Part shown: positions 39,230 through 51,968 of the stretch, one piece after another
How positions within the stretch are numbered: position 1 is the first letter of the stretch
How the letters are laid out: each line of letters starts with the position of its first letter
Assembly: GCA_964016885.1 (NCBI GenBank)
Contig: OZ024753.1
Coordinates: 2,604,001 to 2,668,000, forward strand
DNA from: Eledone cirrhosa
Taxonomy: Eukaryota
Reading direction: 5' to 3'
Length of the DNA stretch: 64,000 nt
Made by a program: the position numbers and the translations under genes
Notes under the pieces: model-generated
What the model was told of the DNA's origin: nothing
Seen by the model: the letters and a program-made list of their open reading frames with translations, nothing else
Database searches by the model: none

Positions 39230-39850
39230 ATATGTAGTTTTGTCTTTTGGTGTATGAAGTAAAGGGGCACACTTGTTCTTGCTGTAAATGCCTAGTTAGA
39301 TTACAAGGGAGTGTTTCACTTGTATTGCCAATGAAATAATTTGAGTCATGAAAATTAGAGCTTTCACTTTTACAATAGAGTTTATATATCACATGTGTTG
39401 TTTGTAGATTCTTCTTGGGATGACATGCTTGTGGTTTGTTGCTGATAAGTTTTCATTTCAGTGGGTTTATAGTACATTACATAGCAGTAGTTTATGGTTG
39501 TGTGTGATGCATTTTATGTTCTGTTTTATGAGAACTTTGATTATGTGTTCGTCTCTTCTATAGTTTGTATACATTTGATTCATATAGTATGCTTTGTGTA
39601 TTTTTAATAGGCACAATCTCTGATGCATTCACAACATTGTATTTATGTTTGTATTCATTTCTAGTTTGGTCTATTTCTCTGTTTAAATATCTGCTGTTAA
39701 CTAGTGTTTGTTTGCTTGTGTCAATGTCTTTATCCAGTATGCAATCTTTACTAAATGCAATCAAGCATTACACCCATCTATTTACCTCCCCATAGTCTGT
39801 AGTTAGAACGCAAATATTTTCTATTAAAAATGTCAACAAGTTTCATATTT
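39230..39850 (-). pseudogene. Second, unrelated Penelope-like fragment (thumb + GIY-YIG)
   Basis: KQTLVNSRYLNREID (from KQxLVNNGYxNxxID) and HVIYKLYC..YFIGNTSETLPCNLTRHLQ. Confidence 0.72.
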
Positions 39851-40319
39851 GTAGAAGGAGGGGAGGTCAACAGAAAAAAAGTGAGATTTTTAATGATTTT
39901 AAGAAAATATAATGTGTAGGTGATAATTCTGTCAACACCAGTAATGCAATGGTGCAACATAGAAGTGAGAAGATATAAGCAACAATAGCAACAACAACAA
40001 TAAAACCACTACCACTATCAACAACAACAGTAAAACCACTACCACTATCAACAACAATAGAAACAACAAATAACAATAGTGGCAACACAACTAAATCAAC
40101 AATGAAATAATGAACGATGTAAACAATAAAAATATAAACATGAAAAAGACTAACAACATAAAGGCTGAGAATGTGTGTGGTAATGAAAGGAAACAAATAA
40201 CATCATCATAATTATCATCACCATCAACAATAAAGGGAAACTAACATCAGCAACAACAACAGTATCAGATACAAATACAAGAATAAAGAAGGCAACATCA
40301 ACAACTAAATAGCAACAAT

Positions 40320-40575
40320 GATTTAGGCACAAGGCCAACAATTTGGGGGGAAGGGAAAGTTGATTAAATTGACCCCAGTACATTACCAGCACTTTATTTT
40401 ATCGACCCTGTAATGATGAAAGGCAAAGCTAACTTCGGCGAGAATTGAACTCAATATATAAAGGGCCATAACTCTATGCTGCTAAACATGTTGCCCAATG
40501 CTCTATCCACTGCCAACAATAATAATAATTGTTTCTACTTTTGGCACAAGGCCAGCAATTACCCAGTACATTACT
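40320..40575 (-). mobile_element. Group B SINE plus a second 3' fragment
   Basis: Reverse complement of the 10634-10840 type; extra tail at 40530-40575. Confidence 0.8.
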
Positions 40576-40981
40576 GAAGCAATAGTAACTCCAATAAATG
40601 TATTTAATTTGCACAAAGACTAAACATTTGCTCCAGTTTAAAAAATTGACATAAAATTTGAATGAATGATTCTATAAAAACTTGAGGTGATAGGGATTTC
40701 AGGGAACAACCTGAATTATTTATTGAGAAGAGAGGATATCTGGAAGAGAGCAGAAAATGGAAGACAGATAAAAGTAAAAAAAAATGAAGGAAAACTGGGG
40801 GAAAAAGAGAGAAAACATGTATAGCTGTTAGTCAACCATCTTTATAAAGAGCGATATTAAAGTATCATTTGGTATATAATTCTGTGCTGCATTCTGAGTT
40901 ATAATCTGAGTCAGGGTGGTTGAAATTACTTAATATATTTACTGAAATCAATTCAGTTCACTTTGCTTCTCACCCACTTAA

Positions 40982-41199
40982 CCCTTTAGCATTTAAACCG
41001 GCCATATCCGGCCAGAATTCTCTCACCTCTTTCTGTTCAAACTGGCTGTAACTGGCCGCTCATACTGATATTAAGGTATTGTTCTCAAAATAAATATTAT
41101 CAAAACCTCATAGATTTGATATTATGTGAGATAATTATTTGAGGTAAAGCCTTTACGATGAAAATATAGTAAATAGAGAATAATGTAAATGCTAAAGGG
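40982..41199 (+). mobile_element. piggyBac-type MITE family 1, copy 4
   Basis: TTAA-CCCTTTAGCATTTA..TAAATGCTAAAGGG-TTAG. Confidence 0.9.
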
Positions 41200-42129
41200 T
41201 TAGACATTCATGACCTCGAATAATATGATTGTTAACATTAACAAAGTAGACACATTGCTGTGACACTGACTGCATTTTATTCTCTGAACCTTCAGTCAAT
41301 ATCTTTACCATTATTCATTACTGATATAGAGAGGTTAATATAAACACATACACAAACATACACACATTTATGTGAAGGCTCTTTCCATTGATTTTAGTAG
41401 TATTAGGAAATCATTTGTTATACTGACAACTGTGGCAGTTATTCTATTATAGAGCGACAAAGCTACAACCCTTATGACTTGCATTGATAACATTCAGCTC
41501 TAAATATTGACCTGTTGCAGAGGCCTCAAAATGGACATGCAAATATGTCATCAATCCAGAGATGTTCATATTCACCACAGTCCATTTTCTTTGACTTTTA
41601 TCTGGCTACAATTTGAAAGTCAACTTGCCAAAATAAATGTGTGCTAAGCGATGGTCCTTTAATAATATTCAATAGCAGATGTTAATGTTTGAGAACAAAC
41701 GAACATTTTCAAATCTGCACATTTTACTTGTTCCTTTCCATAATCACATGTCTTTAATCTCCCAAAGGCATGACAAAGACATATATATATATATACTGAA
41801 ACAATCTAACACACACATAAATCTAATCATGAATTCTTTATAAATCTCCTTCACCATCATCATCATCATCATGTAAATGAAAAATTATTCAGTGATAACA
41901 AATACATTAATATTTGGTAAATAGAAGTTTTTGCTTTTTTTGTCTATTATATTTCCACTGACTATACAAACTGTTTATTTTAAAGTGCTTATATTTACCT
42001 GAAAATCTGTCAGATTTATAAAACAATAGTTTCCAGGTGAGTGAGACAATGGCTAAGTTGTTCGAGTGGAAATAATGATTTTGTGTTCAAGCCCAGCCAT
42101 GAAATATATATATATATATATATATATAT

Positions 42130-42235
42130 AATTGTTTCTACGTTAGGCACAAGGCCAGCAATTATCCAGTGCATTACTGGTACTTTATTTTATCGACCCC
42201 GTAAGGATGAAAGGCAAAGTCAACCTCGGCGGGAT
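42130..42235 (-). mobile_element. Group B SINE 3' half
   Basis: Reverse complement of 31615-31719. Confidence 0.8.
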
Positions 42236-42558
42236 TATATATAATATGATGATATCAGAGAGGGTGTGGTAAGATACCAGGTGAACCACCCACCAGACTA
42301 CTCTATACTTGGGGTAATATGGGTAATATGAAAAGATTAAGTGCCCTGATGGGTGAGTTCTGACCGTTTTGACAGCTAGATCCAAACTATATATATATAT
42401 ATATATATATATGTGAGAAAAACCACAAACCCTCCATCTCAATTCTACTTTTGAAAAGCAGAAGAACTGCGAAACCAGTAAAGGAACGAATAAATATATA
42501 TTTTAAAAAAAAAAGACTCCAGTGGCATTTTCGATTTCATCTTTTTTCCTTATATATA

Positions 42559-43069
42559 GAGTAGGCAGACCCAGAAAAACATGGGACGAGCTGATAAATT
42601 CTGACCTCACACGCTTACACCTCTCCAAGACAATGTCACTGGACCGAGACCTTTGGCGGTACTCAGTAATAGAGAAGACCCGCCTTACCTAAAAACCTAC
42701 TACAGTCAGTAGGCATCTCTATCAAAACACCCCCCCGTCCCACCACCTCCACACCGCCCCTTTCAATGTACAGTTATGTTGGTCCCACAACATCCAGGCC
42801 GAAACAAATGAGATCGTGTAGGTGTCACGACAAAAAACACACAGTCCGCGCTGTAAATGTGGCCGTGTAGGCAACACGGTAAAAACCTCCCAGCCCCACA
42901 CTGTAAATGTGGTTGGTGTTAGGAAGGGCATCCAACTGTAGAAAACCCGCCAGACAGTCCTATGCGAGCAAGACAACCACTCTTGCCTCAAGTGGGAAAA
43001 CCCCCGTCCAAACCCATGCAAGCGTGGAACACGGACGCTAAACCTGATGATGATGATGATGATGATGAT
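42559..43069 (+). mobile_element. 5'-truncated RTE LINE
   Basis: VGRPRKTWDELINSDL..DRDLWRYSVIEKTRL*, then 3'UTR and (GAT)n; homologous to 12144-12662. Confidence 0.9.
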
Positions 43070-43180
43070 ATATATATACAATTATAGAGCAAGTAAATAT
43101 GAATTCAATAGAATTGTCTAAGGAGTCAATGGTAATAAACCTGAAGACAACTAAACTATACACAGTTCCAGTGGCTTATT

Positions 43181-43332
43181 ATCATATTAAAACAGAATCA
43201 AAGCAAAGTTAAAGTTAAAATACAACATCAGCAGTTTACGTAGATTAACAAACTATCCTCTTGCATTATCTATGTAAACTGCCGATGTTGTATTTTAACT
43301 TTAATTTTGCTTTGACTCTGTTTTAATATGAT
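43181..43332. repeat. Inverted repeat, 65-bp arms
   Basis: 43181-43245 versus 43268-43332; four transition differences. Confidence 0.9.
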
Positions 43333-43469
43333 TTTAATTTTTTAATTTAAATTGCCATGCAAAAATATTATAATGGATGTCACCCCACTGTGCATCGATA
43401 TATACATATGTATCTGTATGTCTCTTGTGTTGGAAAGGAGGTCATGTATGTAAACAAACATTGAAAAAT

Positions 43470-43516
43470 TGGTCCGAAGACTCCAAATCTCGGTTTGGAT
43501 AAAACAATTGTAAGCT
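43470..43516 (+). ncRNA. Degenerate hammerhead, same family as 25236
   Basis: CCGAAGA-cTCCAAAtC-tc-GGTTTGGAt-AAAA-C-aatt-G-TA-AGC; 43405-43555 is homologous to 25173-25320. Confidence 0.6.
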
Positions 43517-43716
43517 AATAAATGGTTTAAACAGAACTTTGATTCATGTAATTTCTATATAACTGCTCTGTAGAACAACTGATGTTATTACATTGAGCTA
43601 TTTATCTTACTGGTAATAAGGTAGTAATAAATTACTGTCTTTCACTGTTTAGGGTTTAAAATATATATAACTATAAAAAGTTTTAGTATATACATAACCA
43701 TAAATAGTATCCTTAA

Positions 43717-43762
<46 letters not shown>

Positions 43763-44066
43763 CTACCTTTGTAAGCAGGGAAAAGCGGACGTAAAATGAT
43801 AATGATGATACACAGTAAAATTGGTCCATTAGTTGACACAATTAGTCTTCCAGTAAAAACATGTATTGAATTTAAGATCATTTTCAGCTAAAAACAATAT
43901 AAAAAGATCATTGCCTTCAATTTGCTTAGATATGATTACATTATCTGATTTACATTAATTAAAATATGACTGATTAAAGGGACCCATTAGTAATACATTC
44001 AGGTTGAATTAAATATTCCTTGTAATATTTGTGTGTATATCTATCTCTCTATCAATCTCTCTCTTA

Positions 44067-44396
44067 ATCATCATCATCATCATCATCATCAGGTTTAGCG
44101 TCCGTGTTCCACGCTTGCATGGGTTTGGACGGGGGTTTTCCCACTTGAGGCAAGAGTGGTTGTCTTGCTCGCATAGGACTGTCTGGCGGGTTTTCTACAG
44201 TTGGATGCCCTTCCTAACACCAACCACATTTACAGTGTGGGGCTGGGAGGTTTTTACCGTGTTGCCTACACGGCCACATTACAGCGTGGACTGTCTGGCG
44301 GGTTTTCTACAGCTGGATGCCCTTCCTAACACCAACCACATTTACAGTGTGGGGCTGGGAGGTTTTTACCGTGTTGCCTACACGGCCACATTTACA
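44067..44396 (-). mobile_element. RTE 3'UTR with an internal ~112-bp tandem duplication
   Basis: Essentially identical to the reverse of 42850-43069; unit repeated at 44176 and 44288. Confidence 0.88.
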
Positions 44397-44400
44397 ATAA

Positions 44401-44488
44401 ATGTACAATAAATGAGGATATATGGATTATAGGTAATATGTATGATGTACAATAAATGAGGATATATGGATTATAGGTAATATGTATG
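44401..44488. repeat. Perfect 44-bp tandem duplication
   Basis: 44401-44444 is identical to 44445-44488. Confidence 0.9.
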
Positions 44489-44628
44489 ATGTAGTTAATT
44501 GTTAACTAATGATTTCCAGTTGTTCTGCAAGCGTATATACCGAACGGAGAAATGAAGGACTAAATGTGAATTCATAACCTTGATCTTTTTTCTCATATTG
44601 AATTATATATATATCTAAGAACTGACTA

Positions 44629-44684
44629 ACTGCCTGATGAGGTCATAGCCATTTAATGGCTATCATCAAAATATATATAGCAGT
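44629..44684 (+). ncRNA. Minimal hammerhead (G12A mutated), same family as 36534
   Basis: ACTGC-CTGATGA-GGTcATAGCCA-ttta-aTGGCTATcATC-AAAA-tatata-TA-GCAGT. Confidence 0.72.
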
Positions 44685-45917
44685 AAATAAAGGATTATGA
44701 GTTCATGCAATTGACTTATGTTTCGTCACTATATATATATATATATATATGCACACACACACACACATATATCTGTACAATGAGAGAGCACCATGTTAAT
44801 AAGGCACACATATATTAGGTTATGAATAGCTTCATAGCTTTAGAATAATTGCTCCTCTAAAACACAAAATAGACCTAGTTAGTGGTTATTTCATACTGAA
44901 TACATTGCCTCATATTCCACTCAGATTACCAAACCAAATTAATTCTTAGAAGGTAGAAGCATTGATCATGTATGTTACTAGTTATATTTATTAATTTCAG
45001 ACAGGACTTCCTAATGCGTGGTCAAAGATAAAGGAGAACAAAATTAAAGAGAAAGTATTTTTCAGTTGAATAATACAAAGGCTTTAAAATATATCATCTG
45101 GAACAAAGCAGCAAGGGAACATCTTTGCAAATTAACACTAAAAATCAAACAAACAAAATAGAAGTCCATCTCAAAGAGAGTAGAATAAAAAGATAGCATT
45201 CAGACACATTGAATGACAAGGAAACAAACATGCTATAGAAATATTAAACATGAGTAGGTGTTTCATGCATGATTGAAAGCAAGGTTGTGCTTGGATACAG
45301 GGGTAAGTCAAAAAGTCAGCACAAATTATTTCAAATTCATTCACTGAGATTGAAAACCTTTCAATTGGCTTCTGACATATCCGTTCTTCATAGTGCAGAT
45401 ACAGCTAATAACTTATATGGTGATTGTGATTTACAACAAAAGCCTGGACAGCTGATGAATTCTTCTCGATAGTATTGGATTCTGTTAATAGAATTCTTCA
45501 CACAAACTTTTCTTCAGAAAAGTTTATTCTACATATGCAGGCATATCATCATCATCAACATGACCATTGCCATCATTACCATCATTTTATGTCCACTTAC
45601 ATTACTGCTATGAATTAGATTGGTCATCATGATCTGAGTCAGTTTTTATTACTAAGTAGATTCAGGTACCACATCTCACTCATATGTTACTTTTATAGCT
45701 TAGATTCTATAGCTGGGCGCTAATCCTTACACAAATATATACACCTCACATATATATATATATATACAAAGTCTTGTTCAACTCATACTAATACGCAAAA
45801 GCAAATGTAAAATTGATGATGATGAAGAGATGATTATAAATATGTGTCTGGGAAGACCGCAAATCATAATAATACTCACTGCACGATCAGATACAGAGTG
45901 AGTATATTAATAAGATA

Positions 45918-45989
45918 AAGTTTTGAAGCTTGGAGAGGTTACAAGTTGAAACCACCTGAGCTTGCAGTCGAATCTATACCTTATTAATA

Positions 45990-46027
<38 letters not shown>

Positions 46028-46099
46028 TATTAATAAGGTATAGATTCGACTGCAAGCTCAGGTGGTTTCAACTTGTAACCTCTCCAAGCTTCAAAACTT
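45918..46099. repeat. 182-bp perfect palindrome centred on (TA)n
   Basis: 77-bp identical arms; each reads toward the centre as TGA-stem II-GAAAC..GTC (hammerhead 3' part). Confidence 0.93.
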
Positions 46100-46466
46100 C
46101 TCTTCTCTTCGCTTCATCCTGTACACGACGAAAGGTATATTTTTCTCTCTTCTCACATGGCCATCGTTCGTGTCAGGTCTTTTTTCTAAAGCGCTCATAT
46201 ATTCACCTAGCTTATGCTAAACAGAATAATTTTGAAGCTTGTTTCTTTTCCCTATGGTTAGCTATACTCTTTGTTGTTCTCCTGTCTCAATCGCTTTACG
46301 CGTTTCAATTGTCCTAATAACTTATTTTGGTTATTATTGCACCGACGTGAGGTATATGATTTTTAATGCAATGAAATATCTATGATCGTCGGCAAATCAC
46401 TGATGAGGGACTCATTTTATTACATGTTATCCATGTGCTACCTGCAGTATGTTTCTCTATATTTAT

Positions 46467-46519
<53 letters not shown>

Positions 46520-46605
46520 ATGTCTGTGTGTGCATTTATTTTATTCTTTCACTGATTTCAAATATAATTAAACCGATGCTAGCGTGGAAGATAGACGTTA
46601 AACGT

Positions 46606-46645
<40 letters not shown>

Positions 46646-47509
46646 AAGCTGAAACTTGAAACTTTGAATTTCATGGCTCAGATCTTTGGACAAAATTTGA
46701 AGAATAAAATAGGAAGCCACCCACCCAGCCATCCACTGTATTATAAACATTAAACATATTAAAAAACAAGGACAAGATGGAAGCTTTTGATTGGTTAGAG
46801 GTGAAAACTCCATGTATAACAGTATACAACTAGGTTAGCAGTGGTGTTTACAGATCAAAAGCTTATATTAAAGGTCAGTCATATTTCTTATATTATTATA
46901 GTATAAACATACACATACTATAAAAGATAAAGAAAGAAAGGAAGGTCAAGAAATAAGAAAATGTAAAAAGGAGAGGAATGAAGGAAAAAGGGAGTGGATA
47001 TATCGAATTCTATCTTTTTGAATATATATATAGCAGCTCATTCATAGAAAATGTTACAATTTGCAATGTATTCCTTGCAATGCAAGAAGAAACAGAGAGA
47101 TAAAAAGAAAGTGAGAGTGGAGAAAATAGAGTACAACAGCATAAGAAGAAAAAGAGACCAGAAATACGAAAAACATAAAAAAAAAAAAAAACTAAAAACA
47201 TAAGAGAAAACCAAATTATAACATTTTTTTTTAATTAGATGTGGGGTGGGGAGAGAATGGAATGAAATAAAAAATATAATAAATGGAAGGAAAGGGTGTA
47301 AAAGGACGAGAAACATATATAAAAATGTAATGGAGGGGAGGGGGGAATCATTGAATTTCAACATTATGAAAATACTATGATGGGTATTTTTTACTTTTAC
47401 TGATGATGGAAAAATATTGCCCAATGCAAACACATTCAGACAATCTTTATCTTGGGAAAATATTGCCCTGTTAATAGAAAAGTTTGTGTGAAGAATTCTA
47501 AGTCCGGCA

Positions 47510-47700
47510 GTTGCAAGAGCGGGAGAGATCGTCCTAACGTGAAACAGTTGAGTTCAAAATGCATCAATAATTGTCCCCATTGCATCTGCTAAGCACTGCC
47601 TGATGGCGTTAGCTGCCAGTGTATTATTCATAGCTATGGATTTCAAAATGTTTATATATAAAGATATTGTATTTCTTTAGAAATATGAAATTCAAATACA
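47510..47700 (+). repeat. Hammerhead-bearing direct repeat, copy 1
   Basis: Homologous to 48073-48264. Confidence 0.85.
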
Positions 47701-47722
47701 TATTTATATACAGCTATGTTCA

Positions 47723-47855
47723 GCGTGTGGCTGAGTGGTTAGAGAATTGGATTCGCAATCGTAAGGTTGTGAGTTCGATTCCTGGACCGATTCCTGCGTT
47801 ATGTCCTTGAGCAAGACACTTTATTTCACGTTGCTCCTTCTACCTGGAGTTGCGA
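47723..47855 (+). mobile_element. Group A SINE 5' part
   Basis: TGGCTGAGTGG..GAGTTCGATTCC..GTCCTTGAGCAAGACACTTTATTTCACG. Confidence 0.8.
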
Positions 47856-48072
47856 CCGATAAATAGTATTAGCAATTGGAAAGACCAACGGAAACATTGT
47901 TCCCTCGGTCCGATTTGACGAAAGTCGATCATTCCTTTTTATGTTCAAAGCGAAATTATCATTCTATTCTAAGTTGAGCCAACTTATACAGCTTCATATG
48001 CAAATGAGATTAATCACCTCATTTACATAGAAGAAAAAACTATATATTTTCACCTGTTTTCAAAGTCAAGCC

Positions 48073-48264
48073 GTTGCAAGAGCGGGAGAGATTGTCCTGA
48101 CGAGAACAAGTTGAGTTCGAAATGCTCCGACAATTGTCCCCATTGCTTCTGACGGACACTGACTGGTGGCGCTAGCTGCCAGTGTATTATTCCTAGCTAT
48201 GGTTTTCAAAATGTTTATTTATAAACATACTGTATTTCTTTAGAAATACGAAAATTCAAATACA
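48073..48264 (+). repeat. Hammerhead-bearing direct repeat, copy 2
   Basis: Homologous to 47510-47700. Confidence 0.85.
48091..48134 (+). ncRNA. Minimal type I hammerhead motif
   Basis: ATTGTC-CTGACGA-GAAC-aagttga-GTTC-GAAA-tgctcc-GACAAT; the sister copy supplies tgca-TC. Confidence 0.75.
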
Positions 48265-48438
48265 CACACACATATAATTAAATTTCATATAATTAAATTT
48301 CACCCACAAGACACAAAATTATAATAGAAGATACATGACTACAATATCACATAGTAGGATAAAATCCAGAACTACATCACTTTGGAGCAAGCTTCATAAC
48401 AAAATCATCTCAATGCTTAATATATATAAACACACACA

Positions 48439-48477
<39 letters not shown>

Positions 48478-48498
48478 CATTAACTGGTAATGTTTTAA

Positions 48499-48719
48499 CC
48501 CTTTAGCATTTACATTACTCTCTATATACTATTGTATGTTCATGGTAAACACTTTATATCACATAATTATCTCATATAATATTGAATCTATGAGATTTTG
48601 ATGTTATTTATTTTGAGAACAATATCTTAACATCAGTGTGAGAAGCTGGTAATAGCTGGTTTGAACAGAAAGGAGTAAGAGAATTCTGGCCGGATATGGA
48701 CGGTTTGAATGCTAAAGGG
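48499..48719 (-). mobile_element. piggyBac-type MITE family 1, copy 5 (reverse)
   Basis: TTAA on both sides, CCCTTTAGCATT TIRs. Confidence 0.9.
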
Positions 48720-48843
48720 TTAATATCATTGAAGAGCTAGTGACTTAAGGAAACCTTTCATCACATTACATAATGGTGTGTAATATTGAGACACACGTAA
48801 TGGAATAAACAAACAAATGTATATATATATATATATATATATA

Positions 48844-48891
<48 letters not shown>

Positions 48892-49239
48892 TATATATAT
48901 ATATCAAACCCATGCAAGCGTGGAACACGGACGCTAAACCTGATGATGATGATGATGATCAAAGGCATATATTGAGTTAGGAACTCAAAACAGTCTCTTA
49001 CAACAAAATACCTCTAAGAAAGAGATATTTCCGAGCTGCACATTATAATTGAATATAAAAGAAAAACGAACACAGATATATAGATATAGGTGTTCAAATC
49101 GCAATTGATTGTTTCTTAAATTGAAACAGGCAAACCCTATTGTCTATAGTTAGTATTCTTTTCACCTTAGCGAATCTGGTCCCTTGCGATTTGAACACGT
49201 GTTCATTTTTCTTTTCTTTTTCTCTTTTTTTTATATTCA

Positions 49240-49303
<64 letters not shown>

Positions 49304-49737
49304 TACATGAACACTTATACAATATGTTTATATATATATTAAACATGCATACAACTTTGCTGTGAGTATTTTAAGCCATTATCATATAAAATCTATCTTA
49401 CCACCTGTCCAACACCAGTATATATATAAGTGTTTCAAGATTTTCCTTATCTGTCATCAGAAACACTTATTGTGAGGTACTGAGGTACAGAAGACATTAT
49501 CTGATAGTTTTTGTAAACAAACTGTTTTTGTTCAATGTCTTATTACATATAGCACAAGCTTGACTGCTAAGTGTTAATTAGCAATAGCACTACCCATATC
49601 TTTCTTGATAGCTTGTTTTTAAGTGTTATGCCTGTGTATGTGTATATATATATATATAATACATACATACATATGTATATATGAATTCTAATACACTTGC
49701 GCCTCAACTCAAATTTCTAGAAAACTTTGTTTATATA

Positions 49738-49814
49738 CAAGGTGTCCAAAAAAATGTATACATACTTTTATTAGAATGCTTTTGAAGTATGTATACATTT
49801 TTTGGGACACCCTG
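49738..49814. mobile_element. 77-bp Tc1/mariner-type MITE
   Basis: TA-CAAGGTGTCCAAAAAAATGTATACATACT..AGTATGTATACATTTTTTGGGACACCCTG-TA. Confidence 0.85.
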
Positions 49815-51699
49815 TATATATATATTTTATATATATACATATATATATATATTCAGATTCAGCTTTTTACTCCCTCCTCTTGCCATTATTTCATTATATA
49901 TTATATTGCATTACTAAACACGCATGATTTTATATGATTTTATACACAATATTTTTCATGTATTTAAAATACTGTATAACATCTATTACACCATAATAAC
50001 ATGGTTACCAGAATCCTTAGAACATTAGATAGAATGTTTTGTGGTATTCCTACTATATTTCTGCATTCTGAGTTTAAATCCTGCTGAGGTTAACTTTGCC
50101 TTTTGTCCTTTCAAAGTAAAAAAAAAAATCATGGTCTAGTACTGGGGTTGTTCCTCTCCCTTTCTCAATTCCCCCTTATCACTTTTGTTCTCCTTCCCTG
50201 GATGAAATTGGCTGTGTTAAGATCTGTAGAGAAGATGGTCTCTACTAGGTTGTAAATGTCCAAATATATCATAACAGCATGCGTATGACCCCATCAAGAG
50301 TTATGACTCCATACATACACCAATATTGCTATATTTTACTTCATCTGTACCTTCTACACACACAACAACTTTACCTCAATCTTCTATTACATCAATAGCA
50401 ATTATATCCATTTGATCAATAGCCTAAATATCTTAAAAATGCTTTGCCAAATCCATTTCAGAATTCAATTTTTATAAAACCACACATCCACCCAGGCAGA
50501 TTTTGCAATTCAAAATAATAAAAATTTACATATATGATAAATTAATTCTAATTCTAAACATAAGTAAAAAACCACGAGTCAAAACTGAAAAATACAAATT
50601 AGAATTTACAGGTGACTGTTTATATTATATGCGTTCCATAAATATTTAAATTAAAATGCCTGAATCTAGATTCTACCAACGGAAACTTTAATATGTTTAA
50701 TTACAATTATTCATGTATTTCCACCAATCTAACAATTTTGGCATATTATAATGATGATGATGAGGGCGATGATGATGATTATTATGGTGATGCATCTTTT
50801 TTCAGTGCAATGGTAAAATAGGCTCATCTCATTTAAAATCTGGTAAAATAGACAAAATAATTGAGATTCAAAGTATAAACATTTACAACACACAAACATA
50901 CATACACTCATCATCATCAACATCATTTCTATATTCATTGAACACTATTTAACACAATATATATGTATATATATAAAGGGTTTGGATCAATATCCAATGA
51001 CTTCAATCTTGTTGCTTACAATTTGCTCAAGAAATCCATTTGGAATACATGCATAGGATAAATTGTAAGGCAACATCTCAGACAGATGTGGATCAGTGTG
51101 GAATTAGATATATATTGTAAATAGTAGTACTGATGCCATGATTAAATGTACCCAGTACATTCTGTAAATTGGTAGTTCTGGTACCTTGATTAAATGCAAC
51201 CCACACATACAGTACAGTAATTGCTGTTAGGAAAAGTATTCAGTCAAAGAATACATACAAAACGGCATGTTGTGTCCTTGAGCAGGATATTTTATTTCAT
51301 GATTCTCCTGTACACTCAGCTGGCAAAAAGAAGTATTTAAGAGGCCACCCTTGTCAGATACTGTGTCACGTGGAATCCCTTTCTGAACTATGTTAACAGT
51401 ACAAGTGTCATTGAACCATCAAACATTCACATATTAAGTTCAATGCGTAGAATAATTCCATTGTTCTAATAACTAGAGTATTCAACATCAAAACTGATGG
51501 AGGTCTAACACATACACACACACATATATATGCACACATTTCCCCCAGGTAACATTCATTAATTTCATCCCTTCTTCACACTACCCACTTTAAAATATAA
51601 ACCTCAAATTCATGATCCTTTCATGTGGAGACAGTTACCATTTCAAGGTAGTCCCATCAGTTACATATATATATGTGTGTGCGTGTGCGTGTGCGTGTG

Positions 51700-51733
<34 letters not shown>

Positions 51734-51847
51734 CGGTACACTTTTCTGGTGCATGATTGCTGCAAAACTGTGGGAGAAACCGTAGTCGGCACTTCGAAGA
51801 AAAAACAGGTCTAATTTTGTCTATTATTTCCTCGCATTTATAATTTG

Positions 51848-51892
<45 letters not shown>

Positions 51893-51968
51893 AAAATGTG
51901 GAGAGGAGGCACACAAAAAGGAGAAAAATATATTTTTCTTCCTCATAATCGTCTCTTTCTCCGTTTTC

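Noticed and set aside
41986-42042. Possible micro-exon ending in CAG|GTGAGT
   Set aside because: Weak acceptor, no recognisable peptide and no partner exons.
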